The notes below the pieces were generated by a model. It saw only the letters and a list, made by a program, of their open reading frames with translations, was not told the origin of the DNA and did no database searches. The position numbers and the translations under genes were made by a program. Below, piece after piece: positions 10,841 through 23,020 of a stretch of 64,000 nucleotides of DNA (position 1 is its first letter; each line of letters opens with the position of its first letter). Origin of the DNA: Macrostomum lignano (Eukaryota); the NCBI GenBank assembly GCA_002269645.1, contig NIVC01001003.1, positions 1 through 64,000 of the forward strand, read 5' to 3'.

Positions 10841-13117
10841 ATGCGCATGGACCGAAGCCTCGCCGGGCAGCCAGACGACACCGGGCCCTGTTTCTGCTTC
10901 TCTGACCTCATTGTCGAGGTTAATCGCACCGTGTACGACGAGTTCGGCATCGGCAACCCGGCCGGTCCGCGCTCCGTCCGACTGGCTGCCCGGCGAGCCG
11001 AGGAGATCGTCAAGGTGCGACGACCGACGACGACAGAGCTGGTGAGGGGGGCTTTGTTGTGCTAGCATGAATCTTGAAGTCAATGGTACGAAAAATATCG
11101 AAGAAAAATTGGCTTCCAACGTCAGTTCGAGCTGGCATTGGTGTTCATTTATAAATATTGGTGTCATTGAATTCCGTTATTAGTTTAGCTGCTTTTAAAC
11201 GAACCGCTGCAATCATCTAGCAAAGACGGCTTAAAGTAAAATTTCGTTTCGTGGAAAACCTTCTTTTGAATTCTAAGAAGAATGTTCCTATCTCGACAGT
11301 GCATTTTCTAAGAAACTAAGTTTCCTGTTTATCCATTATATCATATCATATCATGCCATCGAATTTATGCAGACATCGTCGCCGACCAATCCGACCTCCA
11401 CCGCGACACCGTCGGAGGACATCGTCTCAGCGGCGCTGCAGGGTCGGGCTGGCCACCTGAGAATCTTCGAGCAGCGCCAGGGCGCCGCTTCGCTTGACAG
11501 CGCGCGCGACTCGGCGGGCAACTCGCCGGCGCACTGGGCGGCCCTGGCAGGCCGTTGTCCAGTGCTTCGCATCCTCGGCCCCGGCCGGTGCCGGACGCCA
11601 AACTCAGCCAACCAGTTGCCGCTTCACTGGGCCTGCGTCAATGGCCAGCTGTCCGCTGTACAGTTCCTTCTTGACCTGCCCGAAGCTGGCGCCGACTTAG
11701 ACGCTCGCGACGGCCGCGGCTGCAGTCCGCTGATTGTCGCCTGCCAGTTCGGCCAGGCCGACACCGCCGCCTACCTGATGGGCCGCGGCGCCCGCCTCAA
11801 CGCCGCCGACGTCGAGGGCGACACGGCGCTGCACTGGGCGGCCTACCTGGGACTGCCGGACCTTGTCGGCCTGCTGGTCTACTCGGGCTCAGCGTTCGAC
11901 AGCGGGACTCGCACGGCCAGACGCCTCTTCATCTGGCCTGCCTGACCGGCTGCCTGTCGGCGGTGCGCAACCTGAGAGAGCGCTACGGCGCCGATCCGGA
12001 CGCATTGGACAGGTTGGCGCCGCGCGCTACTGCTTGTCTTCGATTTTATTCTAGAATTTTCCTTCTCTCAATTACTTTGACGTGCCCACAGTTTCACTTC
12101 ACTGAGCCAACCCATTGGAGCGCCGTCAGTCCCTTCTATGACCATCCTTTGAAATGGCGCCATCCCCTCCATGACCATCATTTAAAACGGCGCCATCCCC
12201 TACGTGACTATCCGTTGATATGCCGCCGCCCCCTCCGTGAATATTCTTTGAAATGGCGCCATTCCCTCCGTGAATATCCTTTAAAGTGGCGCCATTCCCT
12301 CCGTGAATATCCTTTAAAATGGCGCCATTCCCTCCGTGAATATCCTCTGAAATGGCGCCATTCCCTCCGTGAATATCCTCTGAAATGGCGCCATTCCCTT
12401 CGTGAATATCCTCTGAAATGGCGCCATTCCCTTCGTGAATATCCTCTGAAATGGCGCCATTCCCTCCGTGATTATCCTTTGATGTACCGCCAAAAAATAA
12501 TTTCATTCATCAGATCGGGCCGGACTCCGTTGCAACTGGCGGTCGCCCGCCGCCAGTACGAAGTGTCGGCCTACATGCAGGCGGACCTGATCTCCCGCAA
12601 CTCCGGCCCGCTGTCGCCTCAGGCCTTCCTGACCAGCGTCAGCCATTGGATTCTCGGACCGCCCGGCCGTAGCCGCGGCCCCGCGATCTGCCTGCTGCTG
12701 GCCTGCCTGGCCTTCGCTCTGCCCGTCTACCTGAGGCGCGTCCGACCGCTGACTGTCGACGAGTTCCCTGGCGTCAACGCCGCGTTCTTAATTGCGACCG
12801 TCGTAGCCGGCCTCGCCCACTGGCGCTGCTTCGCCGCCGACCCCGGCCTGCTGTCCCCGGCCCCGGAAGAGTACAACAGGGCGATGGCCCTCGCCGGCTG
12901 CATCCAGGAGCAGCTGGATAGGCGATGGAACCGGCTCTGCCACACCTGCCGATTGGTGCGGCCGCCGAGGGCGAAGCATTGCCGATTGTGCGATCGCTGC
13001 GTCAGAGATATGGACCACCACTGTCCGTATTTTGACAACTGCGTTGGTGACGGAAATAGGTGCGCAATAGCGTTTGCTGATAGCCGTGTCTGGAGAGAGA
13101 GGAGAGAGAGAGGAGAG

Positions 13118-13172
<55 letters not shown>

Positions 13173-13183
13173 CAAAGAGACAA

Positions 13184-13266
<83 letters not shown>

Positions 13267-13319
13267 AAGAGAGAGAGAGGAGAGAGAGAGAGGAGAGAGA
13301 GAGAAAGAGAGAGAGAGAG

Positions 13320-13350
<31 letters not shown>

Positions 13351-13388
13351 GAGAGAGAGAAAGAGAGAGAGAGAGGAGAGAGAGAGAA

Positions 13389-13455
<67 letters not shown>

Positions 13456-16079
13456 CTGTTTTACTGAGCTGCGTTTTAGGCTTGGAGTTTGTTGTTGCTG
13501 TGAAGTGTTTGTGAGGCTTGGGAGTTGGTTGTTGCTGTGAGGCTGGGGGTCAGTTGTTGCTGGCTGTCAATGCAAACCAGAAGGCTCAGTCACACCTTGA
13601 ACCGACTGCAGGCACTGGTTCACCCTGCTGACAATGGCAGCTACAACTTGCGGCATACTGGGCGCATTTCTGCTCTACCAGTGCCTCCTAGAGACCGGAT
13701 TCGAGTACATGACCTCCGCATTGATGGCCTTTGTTTGCTTTGTTTCTCTTGTGGCCCTCATTAGTTCGTCTTGTGCGGTAAGTTTATTAAGCTTGTATAA
13801 AGTTGAATATTACTTTATAAGCTCAGGGAGGGAGAGTAGAGATGGGGAGGGAGAGTAGAGATAGGGAAGGAGAGTAAAGACGGGGAGGGAGAGTAAAGAC
13901 GGGGAGGGAGAGTAGAGATAGGGAGGGAGAGTAAAGATGGGGAGGGAGAGTAGGGACTGGGAGGGAGAGGAGAGATAGGGAGGGAGAGTAGAGACTGGGA
14001 GGGAGAGGAGAGATAGGGAGGGAGAGTAGAGACGGGGAGGGAGAGTAGAGACGTGGAGGTAGAGTAGAGACTGGAGAAGGAGAGTAGAGACGGGGAGGGA
14101 GAGTAGAGACGTGGAGGGAGAGTAGAGACTGGAGAAGGAGAGTAGAGACTGGGAGGGAGAGTAGAGACTGGGAGGGAGAGTAGAGATGGGGAGGGAGAGT
14201 AGAGATGGGGAGGGAGAGTAGAGATAGGGAGGGAGAGTAGAGACGGGGAGGGAGAGTAGAGATGGGGAGGGGAGTAAAGACGGGGAGGGAGAGTAGAGAC
14301 TGGGAGGAAGAGTAGAGACTGGGAGGGAGAGTAGAGACTGGGGAGGTAGAGTAGAGACTGGAGAAGGAGAGTAGACACGGGGAGGGAGAGTAGAGACGGG
14401 GAGGGAGAGTAGAGACTGGAGAAGGAGAGTAGAGACTGGAGAAGGAGAGTAGAGACTGGAGAAGGAGAGTAGAGACTGGAGAAGGAGAGTAGAGACGAGG
14501 AGCGAGAGTAGAGACGGGGAGTGAGAGTAGAGACGGGGAGGGAGAGTAGAGACATGGAGGGAGAGTAGAGACTGGAGAAGGAGAGTAGAGACTGGGAGGG
14601 AGAGTAGAGACTGGGAGGGAGAGTAGAGATGGGGAGGGAGAGTAGAGATGGGGAGGGAGAGTAGAGATAGGGAGGGAGAGCAGAGACGGGGAGGGAGAGT
14701 AGAGATGGGGAGGGGAGTAAAGACGGGGAGGGAGAGTAGAGACTGGGAGGGAGAGGAGAGACTGGGAGGTAGAGTAGAGACTGGAGAAGGAGAGTAGACA
14801 CGGGAGGGAGAGTAGAGACGGGGAGGGAGAGTAGAGACTGGAGAAGGAGAGTAGAGACTGGAGAAGGAGAGTAGAGACTGGAGAAGGAGAGTAGAGACTG
14901 GAGAAGGAGAGTAGAGACTGGAGAAGGAGAGTAGAGACGAGGAGCGAGAGTAGAGACGGGGAGTGAGAGTAGAGACGGGGAGGGAGAGTAGAGACATGGA
15001 GGGAGAGTAGAGACTGGAGAAGGAGAGTAGAGACTGGGAGGGAGAGTAGAGACTGGGAGGGAGAGTAGAGATGGGGAGGGAGAGTAGAGATGGGGAGGGA
15101 GAGTAGAGATAGGGAGGGAGAGCAGAGACGGGGAGGGAGAGTAGAGATGGGGAGGGGAGTAAAGACGGGGAGGGAGAGTAGAGACTGGGAGGGAGAGGAG
15201 AGACTGGGGAGGTAGAGTAGAGACTGGAGAAGGAGAGTAGACACGGGGAGGGAGAGTAGAGACGGGGAGGGAGAGTAGAGACTGGAGAAGGAGAGTAGAG
15301 ACTGGAGAAGGAGAGTAGAGACTGGAGAAGGAGAGTAGAGACTGGAGAAGGAGAGTAGAGACTGGAGAAGGAGAGTAGAGACTGGAGAAGGAGAGTAGAG
15401 ACGAGGAGCGAGAGTAGAGACGGGGAGTGAGAGTAGAGACGGGGAGGGAGAGTAGAGACGTGGAGGGAGAGTAGAGACTGGAGAAGGAGAGTAGAGACTG
15501 GGAGGGAGAGTAGAGACTGGGAGGGAGAGTAGAGATGGGGAGGGGAGTAAAGACGGGGAGGGAGAGTAGAGACTGGGAGGGAGAGGAGAGACTGGGGAGG
15601 TAGAGTAGAGACTGGAGAAGGAGAGTAGACACGGGGAGGGAGAGTAGAGACGGGGAGGGAGAGTAGAGACTGGAGAAGGAGAGTAGAGACTGGAGAAGGA
15701 GAGTAGAGACTGGAGAAGGAGAGTAGAGACGAGGAGCGAGAGTAGAGACGGGGAGTGAGAGTAGAGACGGGGAGTGAGAGTAGAGACGGGGAGAAAGAGT
15801 AGAGACGGATCTCGTTACCTGCACTAAGAATGTCATACCCGCTCTCTCCAGTGGTACCACGCCGCACTGAACATCACTACCAACGAGACCATGAATCTTC
15901 ACCGCTACTTCTATCTGCGCGACGCCAAAGGTCGCATTCGAAATCCGTTCGACCGAGGACTGTTCTCCAATCTGCTGGAGTATTTTCACTTACGAAAAGG
16001 AACCCACGACCGACTTCTATCTGATGGTTTGGTGGAAGTTGTCAATGGCAACAATGGTTGCGCGGCTGGTGTAGTGTGA
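10841..16079 (+). CDS. Ankyrin-repeat DHHC palmitoyltransferase (Patsas/HIP14-ZDHHC13/17-like); exons ~10841-11041, 11373-12012 (frameshift ~11885), 12514-13059, 13612-13777, 15852-16079
   Basis: Ankyrin repeats ([34 protein letters not shown]), DHHC-CRD ([37 protein letters not shown]), TM exon, and NITTNE and NPFDRG motifs in the last exon. Splice phases are compatible. Exon 1 assignment is the least certain part. Confidence 0.85.
12140..12485. repeat. 33-bp intronic minisatellite (GAAATGGCGCCATTCCCTCCGTGAATATCCTCT)n
   Basis: About 10 units with degenerate edges, inside intron 12013-12513. Confidence 0.9.
13092..13455. repeat. (GA)n purine microsatellite in DHHC gene intron
   Basis: Directly visible; explains the ER-rich ORFs. 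Confidence 0.95.
13822..15812. repeat. ~20-bp purine-rich minisatellite (AGGGAGAGTAGAGACTGGGG-type) with higher-order blocks
   Basis: Directly visible; the marker variant GACGAGGAGCGAG recurs at ~14494, 14936, 15400 and 15728. Confidence 0.95.
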
Positions 16080-16318
16080 AGACTCTTCAAACCCACAGCC
16101 GTGCGTCATTGACTTGAACTGAATTTCGTAACAACCAATTATCCAGCTATATCTTGCTGCAGCTGAAAATTAGTGATTTTTTTTCGAAGTTCTACTCACG
16201 AGTAGTATAGTCTGAGTGTGAATTGATTATAAAGTGAAATCAGCCTCAATTTTTTATTGTACGCAACAGCTCCTTTTTATCCGTGGCCGTGTGCTGCTGC
16301 AATGCATTCCTCTGTAAC

Positions 16319-17709
16319 CAGGGGCGTCGTCAACGGCGGGACAGGAGGGGACATTCCCCTCACCAGTAAAAGCTATTGAGTGCCTGCGGCGCCAAAATGA
16401 GTGCCTGCGGCGCTAAATGAGTGCCAGCCTGTGGCGCTAAAATGAGTGCCAGCCTGCGGCGCCAAAATGAGTGGCTGCGGTGCCAAAATGAGTGCCAGTC
16501 TGCGGCGCTAAAATGAGTGCCAGTCTGCGGCGCTAAAATGAGTGGCTGCGGCGCCAAAATGAGTGGCTGCGGCGCCAAAATGAGTGCCAGTCTGCGGCGC
16601 TAAAATGAGTGGCTGCGGCGCCAAAATGAGTGCCAGCCTGCGGCGCCAAAATGAGTGGCTGCCTGCGGTGCCAAAATGAGTGCCAGCCTGCGGCGCTAAA
16701 ATGAGTGGCTGCGGCGCCAAAATGAGTGCCAGCCTGTGGCGCCAAAATGAGTGCCTGCGGCTCCAAAATGAGTGCCTGCGGCGCCAAAATAAGTGCCAGC
16801 CTGCGGCGCTAAAATAAGTGGCTGCGGCGCCAAAATGAGTGACTGCGGCGCCAAAATGAGTGCCAGCCTGCGGCGCTAAAATGAGTGGCTGCGGCGCCAA
16901 AATGAGTGCCAGCCTGCGGCGCTAAAATGAGTGGCTGCGGCGCCAAAATGAGTGCCAGCCTGCGGCGCTAAAATAAGTGGCTGCGGCGCCAAAATGAGTG
17001 GCTGCGGCGCCAAAATGAGTGCCAGCCTGCGGCGCTAAAATGAGTGCCTGCGGCGCCAAAATGAGTGCCTGCGGCGCTAAAATGACTGCCAGCCTGCGGC
17101 GCCCAATTGAGTGCCTGCGGCGCCAAAATTAGTGCCTGCGGCGCCAAAATGAGTGCCTGCGGCGCTAAAATGAGTGCCTGCGGCGCCAAAATGAGTGCCT
17201 GCGGCGCTAAAATGACTGCCAGCCTGCGGCGCCAAAATGAGTGCCTGCGGCGCTAAAATGAGTGCCTGCGGCGCCAAAATGAGTGCCTGCGGCGCTAAAA
17301 TGACTGCCAGCCTGCGGCGCCAAAATGAGTGCCTGTGGCGCTAAAATGACTGCCAGCCTGCGGCGCCAAAATGAGTGCCTGCGGCGCTAAAATGACTGCC
17401 AGCCTGCGGCGCCCAATTGAGTGCCTGCGGCGCCAAAATGAGTGCCTGCGGCGCCAAAATGAGTGGCTGCGGCGCCAAAATGAGTGCCTGCGGCGCCAAA
17501 ATGAGTGCCTGCGGCGCCAAAATGAGTGCCTGCGGCGCCAAAATGAGTGCCTGCGGCGCCAAAATGAGTGCCTGCGGCGCCAAAATGAGTGCCTGCGGCG
17601 CCAAAATGAGTGCTAACAACACCGATTCCCAAAATAATGCAGGAATTTAGTCACGTCGAATTCTTGACTTCGTCCCCCCCCACCCATAAAATCCACGGTG
17701 ACGCCCCTG
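16319..17709. mobile_element. Non-autonomous hAT-type MITE with internal GGCGCC minisatellite
   Basis: TIR CAGGGGCGTC (16319) / GACGCCCCTG (17709). Flanks TCTGTAAC (16311-16318) and TCTGTAAA (17710-17717) form an 8-bp TSD with 7/8 match. Interior ~16375-17610 is (GGCGCCAAAATGAGTGCCTGC)n and variants. Confidence 0.8.
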
Positions 17710-18039
17710 TCTGTAAATAAGGGTATTTAACATTTCTTTTCTCTTTCAAACACGTTGCCTCTGATTTGACTTTGCTTGATACTTTTGCTTCTAATGTACT
17801 GTGTTTTGTGTTTTTGACAAGGCTGCTTTTTCTTGGCTGCTGTGCCTTCACTAACATTTTTAAAGATTAAAATAAATTGCAAATTTATTGTATTTGATTT
17901 CACATAAGCTAAATTCTATTAATTCTATTCTACAGTGTAATTATATTCTAGGCGGACAGAACCTGGCTTCGACCATCATCACCGCGCTGCCAGATCCTTC
18001 TTTCCTTTTAACATTTTTCCTGCCTTCCTCCAACGAGGC

Positions 18040-18340
18040 AGTTAAGGCCAGCATTACCCTCGGGTACGTGCCAAAAGCCTAGCAAGAAGCCAAGATCGTC
18101 TTCATACCCAAACCAGGGTAGTGAGATTATCACTCTCCCGAAGCTTAACAGCCCCATCAGCCTGACGTCTTTCTTCCTCAAACTGATGGAATGGGGCTGG
18201 TGCTTTGGCGTCTCCTCGTGGAGCTGAGGAACTCCCCGCTCTTTCCGAACCAGCACGCATTTCGACCTGGACGCTCCATCGAAAGCGCGCTACCTGTCAT
18301 TGTCGACATGCTGGAGCGCGCCTTGCTATACAGTGGTTAC
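18040..18340 (+). pseudogene. Decayed non-LTR retrotransposon reverse transcriptase fragment (Loa/Lian-like)
   Basis: Across stops and frameshifts it reads LGYVPKA*QEAKIVFIPKPG..PISLTSFFLKLME..NQHAFRPGRSIESAL, typical RT domain 0-2 motifs. Clade assignment is from memory. Confidence 0.75.
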
Positions 18341-18342
18341 GC

Positions 18343-20472
18343 ACTCAGGGAGAGGAAGGGGCGTGAGAGTAGAGACGGGGGGGAGAGTAGAGACGGGGGA
18401 GAGTAGAGACGGGGGGAGAGTAGAGACGGGGGAGAGTAGAGACGGGGGAGAGTAGAGACGGGAAGGGAGAGTAGAGACGGGGAGAGAGAGTAGAGACGGG
18501 GAGGGAGAGTAGAGACGGGAGGGAAAGTAGAGACTGGAGAGTAGAGAGTAGTTCCCCAGAGTAGACTGGGGAATGAGAGTAGAGGCGGGGAGGGAGAGCA
18601 GAGACAAGGAGTGAGAGCAGAAACAAGGAGTGAGAGCAGAGACAAGGAGTGAGAGTAGAGACGGGGAGTGAGAGTAGAGACGTGGAGGGAGAGTAGAGAC
18701 TGGAGAAGGAGAGTAGAGACTGGGAGGGAGAGTAGAGACTGGGAGGGAGAGTAGAGATGGGGAGGGAGAGTAGAGATGGGGAGGGAGAGTAGAGATAGGG
18801 AGGGAGAGTAGAGACGGGGAGGGAGAGTAGAGATGGGGAGGGAGTAAAGACGGGAGGGAGAGTAGAGACTGGGAGGAAGAGTAGAGACTGGAGGGAGAGT
18901 AGAGACTGGGGAGGTAGAGTAGAGACTGGAGAAGGAGAGTAGACACGGGGAGGGAGAGTAGAGACGGGGAGGGAGAGTAGAGACTGGAGAAGGAGAGTAG
19001 AGACTGGAGAAGGAGAGTAGAGACTGGAGAAGGAGAGTAGAGACTGGAGAAGGAGAGTAGAGACGAGGAGCGAGAGTAGAGACGGGGAGTGAGAGTAGAG
19101 ACGGGAGGGAGAGTAGAGACATGGAGGGAGAGTAGAGACTGGAGAAGGAGAGTAGAGACTGGGAGGGAGAGTAGAGACTGGGAGGGAGAGTAGAGATGGG
19201 GAGGGAGAGTAGAGATGGGAGGGAGAGTAGAGATAGGGAGGGAGAGCAGAGACGGGGAGGGAGAGTAGAGATGGGGAGGGGAGTAAAGACGGGAGGGAGA
19301 GTAGAGACTGGGAGGGAGAGGAGAGACTGGGGAGGTAGAGTAGAGACTGGAGAAGGAGAGTAGACACGGGGAGGGAGAGTAGAGACGGGGAGGGAGAGTA
19401 GAGACTGGAGAAGGAGAGTAGAGACTGGAGAAGGAGAGTAGAGACTGGAGAAGGAGAGTAGAGACTGGAGAAGGAGAGTAGAGACTGGAGAAGGAGAGTA
19501 GAGACTGGAGAAGGAGAGTAGAGACGAGGAGCGAGAGTAGAGACGGGGAGTGAGAGTAGAGACGGGGAGGGAGAGTAGAGACATGGAGGGAGAGTAGAGA
19601 CTGGAGAAGGAGAGTAGAGACTGGGAGGAGAGAGTAGAGACTGGGAGGGAGAGTAGAGATGGGGAGGGAGAGTAGAGATGGGGAGGGAGAGTAGAGATAG
19701 GGAGGGAGAGCAGAGACGGGAGGGAGAGTAGAGATGGGAGGGAGTAAAGACGGGGAGGGAGAGTAGAGACTGGGAGGGAGAGGAGAGACTGGGGAGGTAG
19801 AGTAGAGACTGGAGAAGGAGAGTAGACACGGGAGGGAGAGTAGAGACGGGGAGGGAGAGTAGAGACTGGAGAAGGAGAGTAGAGACTGGAGAAGGAGAGT
19901 AGAGACTGGAGAAGGAGAGTAGAGACTGGAGAAGGAGAGTAGAGACTGGAGAAGGAGAGTAGAGACTGGAGAAGGAGAGTAGAGACGAGGAGCGAGAGTA
20001 GAGACGGGGAGTGAGAGTAGAGACGGGGAGGGAGAGTAGAGACGTGGAGGGAGAGTAGAGACTGGAGAAGGAGAGTAGAGACTGGGAGGGAGAGTAGAGA
20101 CTGGGAGGAAGAGTAGAGATGGGGAGGGAGAGTAGAGATGGGGAGGGAGAGTAGAGATAGGGAGGGAGAGTAGAGACTGGGAGGGAGAGTAGAGATGGGG
20201 AGGGGAGTAAAGACGGGGAGGGAGAGTAGAGACTGGGAGGGAGAGGAGAGACTGGGGAGGTAGAGTAGAGACTGGAGAAGGAGAGTAGACACGGGGAGGG
20301 AGAGTAGAGACGGGGAGGGAGAGTAGAGACTGGAGAAGGAGAGTAGAGACTGGAGAAGGAGAGTAGAGACTGGAGAAGGAGAGTAGAGACGAGGAGCGAG
20401 AGTAGAGACGGGGAGTGAGAGTAGAGACGGGGAGTGAGAGTAGAGACGGGGAGAAAGAGTAGAGACGGATCT
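18343..20472. repeat. Chimeric purine-rich minisatellite at the duplication junction
   Basis: The left ~330 bp match the array starting at ~23021; the rest matches the 13822-15812 array from ~14100 to its end (GAGACGGATCTCGTTACC). Confidence 0.85.
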
Positions 20473-20511
20473 CGTTACCTGCACTAAGAATGTCATACCC
20501 GCTCTCTCCAG

Positions 20512-20739
20512 TGGTACCACGCCGCACTGAACATCACTACCAACGAGACCATGAATCTTCACCGCTACTTCTATCTGCGCGACGCCAAAGGTCGCATTCG
20601 AAATCCGTTCGACCGAGGACTGTTCTCCAATCTGCTGGAGTATTTTCACTTACGAAAAGGAACCCACGACCGACTTCTATCTGATGGTTTGGTGGAAGTT
20701 GTCAATGGCAACAATGGTTGCGCGGCTGGTGTAGTGTGA
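20512..20739 (+). CDS. Second copy of the terminal exon of the DHHC palmitoyltransferase
   Basis: Matches 15852-16079 including the acceptor CTCTCTCCAG; offset 4660 bp. Confidence 0.75.
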   Translation, partial: WYHAALNITTNETMNLHRYFYLRDAKGRIRNPFDRGLFSNLLEYFHLRKGTHDRLLSDGLVEVVNGNNGCAAGVV

Positions 20740-20978
20740 AGACTCTTCAAACCCACAGCCGTGCGTCATTGACTTGAACTGAATTTCGTAACAACCAATT
20801 ATCCAGCTATATCTTGCTGCAGCTGAAAATTAGTGATTTTTTTTCGAAGTTCTACTCACGAGTAGTATAGTCTGAGTGTGAATTGATTATAAAGTGAAAT
20901 CAGCCTCAATTTTTTATTGTACGCAACAGCTCCTTTTTATCCGTGGCCGTGTGCTGCTGCAATGCATTCCTCTGTAAC

Positions 20979-22388
20979 CAGGGGCGTCGTCAACGGCGGG
21001 ACAGGAGGGGACATTCCCTCACCAGTAAAAGCTATTGAGTGCCTGCGGCGCCAAAATGAGTGCCTGCGGCGCTAAATGAGTGCCAGCCTGTGGCGCTAAA
21101 ATGAGTGCCAGCCTGCGGCGCCAAAATGAGTGGCTGCGGTGCCAAAATGAGTGCCAGTCTGCGGCGCTAAAATGAGTGCCAGTCTGCGGCGCTAAAATGA
21201 GTGGCTGCGGCGCCAAAATGAGTGGCTGCGGCGCCAAAATGAGTGCCAGTCTGCGGCGCTAAAATGAGTGGCTGCGGCGCCAAAATGAGTGCCAGCCTGC
21301 GGCGCCAAAATGAGTGGCTGCCTGCGGTGCCAAAATGAGTGCCAGCCTGCGGCGCTAAAATGAGTGGCTGCGGCGCCAAAATGAGTGCCAGCCTGTGGCG
21401 CCAAAATGAGTGCCTGCGGCTCCAAAATGAGTGCCTGCGGCGCCAAAATAAGTGCCAGCCTGCGGCGCTAAAATAAGTGGCTGCGGCGCCAAAATGAGTG
21501 ACTGCGGCGCCAAAATGAGTGCCAGCCTGCGGCGCTAAAATGAGTGGCTGCGGCGCCAAAATGAGTGCCAGCCTGCGGCGCTAAAATGAGTGGCTGCGGC
21601 GCCAAAATGAGTGCCAGCCTGCGGCGCTAAAATAAGTGGCTGCGGCGCCAAAATGAGTGGCTGCGGCGCCAAAATGAGTGCCAGCCTGCGGCGCTAAAAT
21701 GAGTGCCTGCGGCGCCAAAATGAGTGCCTGCGGCGCTAAAATGACTGCCAGCCTGCGGCGCCCAATTGAGTGCCTGCGGCGCCAAAATTAGTGCCTGCGG
21801 CGCCAAAATGAGTGCCTGCGGCGCTAAAATGAGTGCCTGCGGCGCCAAAATGAGTGCCTGCGGCGCTAAAATGACTGCCAGCCTGCGGCGCCAAAATGAG
21901 TGCCTGCGGCGCTAAAATGAGTGCCTGCGGCGCCAAAATGAGTGCCTGCGGCGCTAAAATGACTGCCAGCCTGCGGCGCCAAAATGAGTGCCTGTGGCGC
22001 TAAAATGACTGCCAGCCTGCGGCGCCAAAATGAGTGCCTGCGGCGCTAAAATGACTGCCAGCCTGCGGCGCCCAATTGAGTGCCTGCGGCGCCAAAATGA
22101 GTGCCTGCGGCGCCAAAATGAGTGCCTGCGGCGCCAAAATGAGTGCCTGCGGCGCCAAAATGAGTGCCTGCGGCGCCAAAATGAGTGCCTGCGGCGCCAA
22201 AATGAGTGCCTGCGGCGCCAAAATGAGTGCCTGCGGCGCCAAAATGAGTGCCTGCGGCGCCAAAATGAGTGCCTGCGGCGCCAAAATGAGTGCTAACAAC
22301 ACCGATTCCCAAAATAATGCAGGAATTTAGTCACGTCGAATTCTTGACTTCGTCCCCCCCCACCCATAAAATCCACGGTGACGCCCTG
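20979..22388. mobile_element. Second copy of the hAT-type MITE (part of the 4.7-kb duplication)
   Basis: Same TIRs (right one with one C fewer) and the same flanks; the internal array has one extra unit. Confidence 0.78.
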
Positions 22389-22719
22389 TCTGTAAATAAG
22401 GGTATTTAACATTTCTTTTCTCTTTCAAACACGTTGCCTCTGATTTGACTTTGCTTGATACTTTTGCTTCTAATGTACTGTGTTTTGTGTTTTTGACAAG
22501 GCTGCTTTTTCTTGGCTGCTGTGCCTTCACTAACATTTTTAAAGATTAAAATAAATTGCAAATTTATTGTATTTGATTTCACATAAGCTAAATTCTATTA
22601 ATTCTATTCTACAGTGTAATTATATTCTAGGCGGACAGAACCTGGCTTCGACCATCATCACCGCGCTGCCAGATCCTTCTTTCCTTTTAACATTTTTCCT
22701 GCCTTCCTCCAACGAGGCA

Positions 22720-23020
22720 GTTAAGGCCAGCATTACCCTCGGGTACGTGCCAAAAGCCTAGCAAGAAGCCAAGATCGTCTTCATACCCAAACCAGGGTAG
22801 TGAGATTATCACTCTCCGAAGCTTAACAGCCCCATCAGCCTGACGTCTTTCTTCCTCAAACTGATGGAATGGGGCTGGTGCTTTGGCGTCTCCTCGTGGA
22901 GCTGAGGAACTCCCCGCTCTTTCCGAACCAGCACGCATTTCGACCTGGACGCTCCATCGAAAGCGCGCTACCTGTCATTGTCGACATGCTGGAGCGCGCC
23001 TTGCTATACAGTGGTTACGC
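22720..23020 (+). pseudogene. Second copy of the decayed non-LTR RT fragment
   Basis: Near-identical to 18040-18340. Confidence 0.72.
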
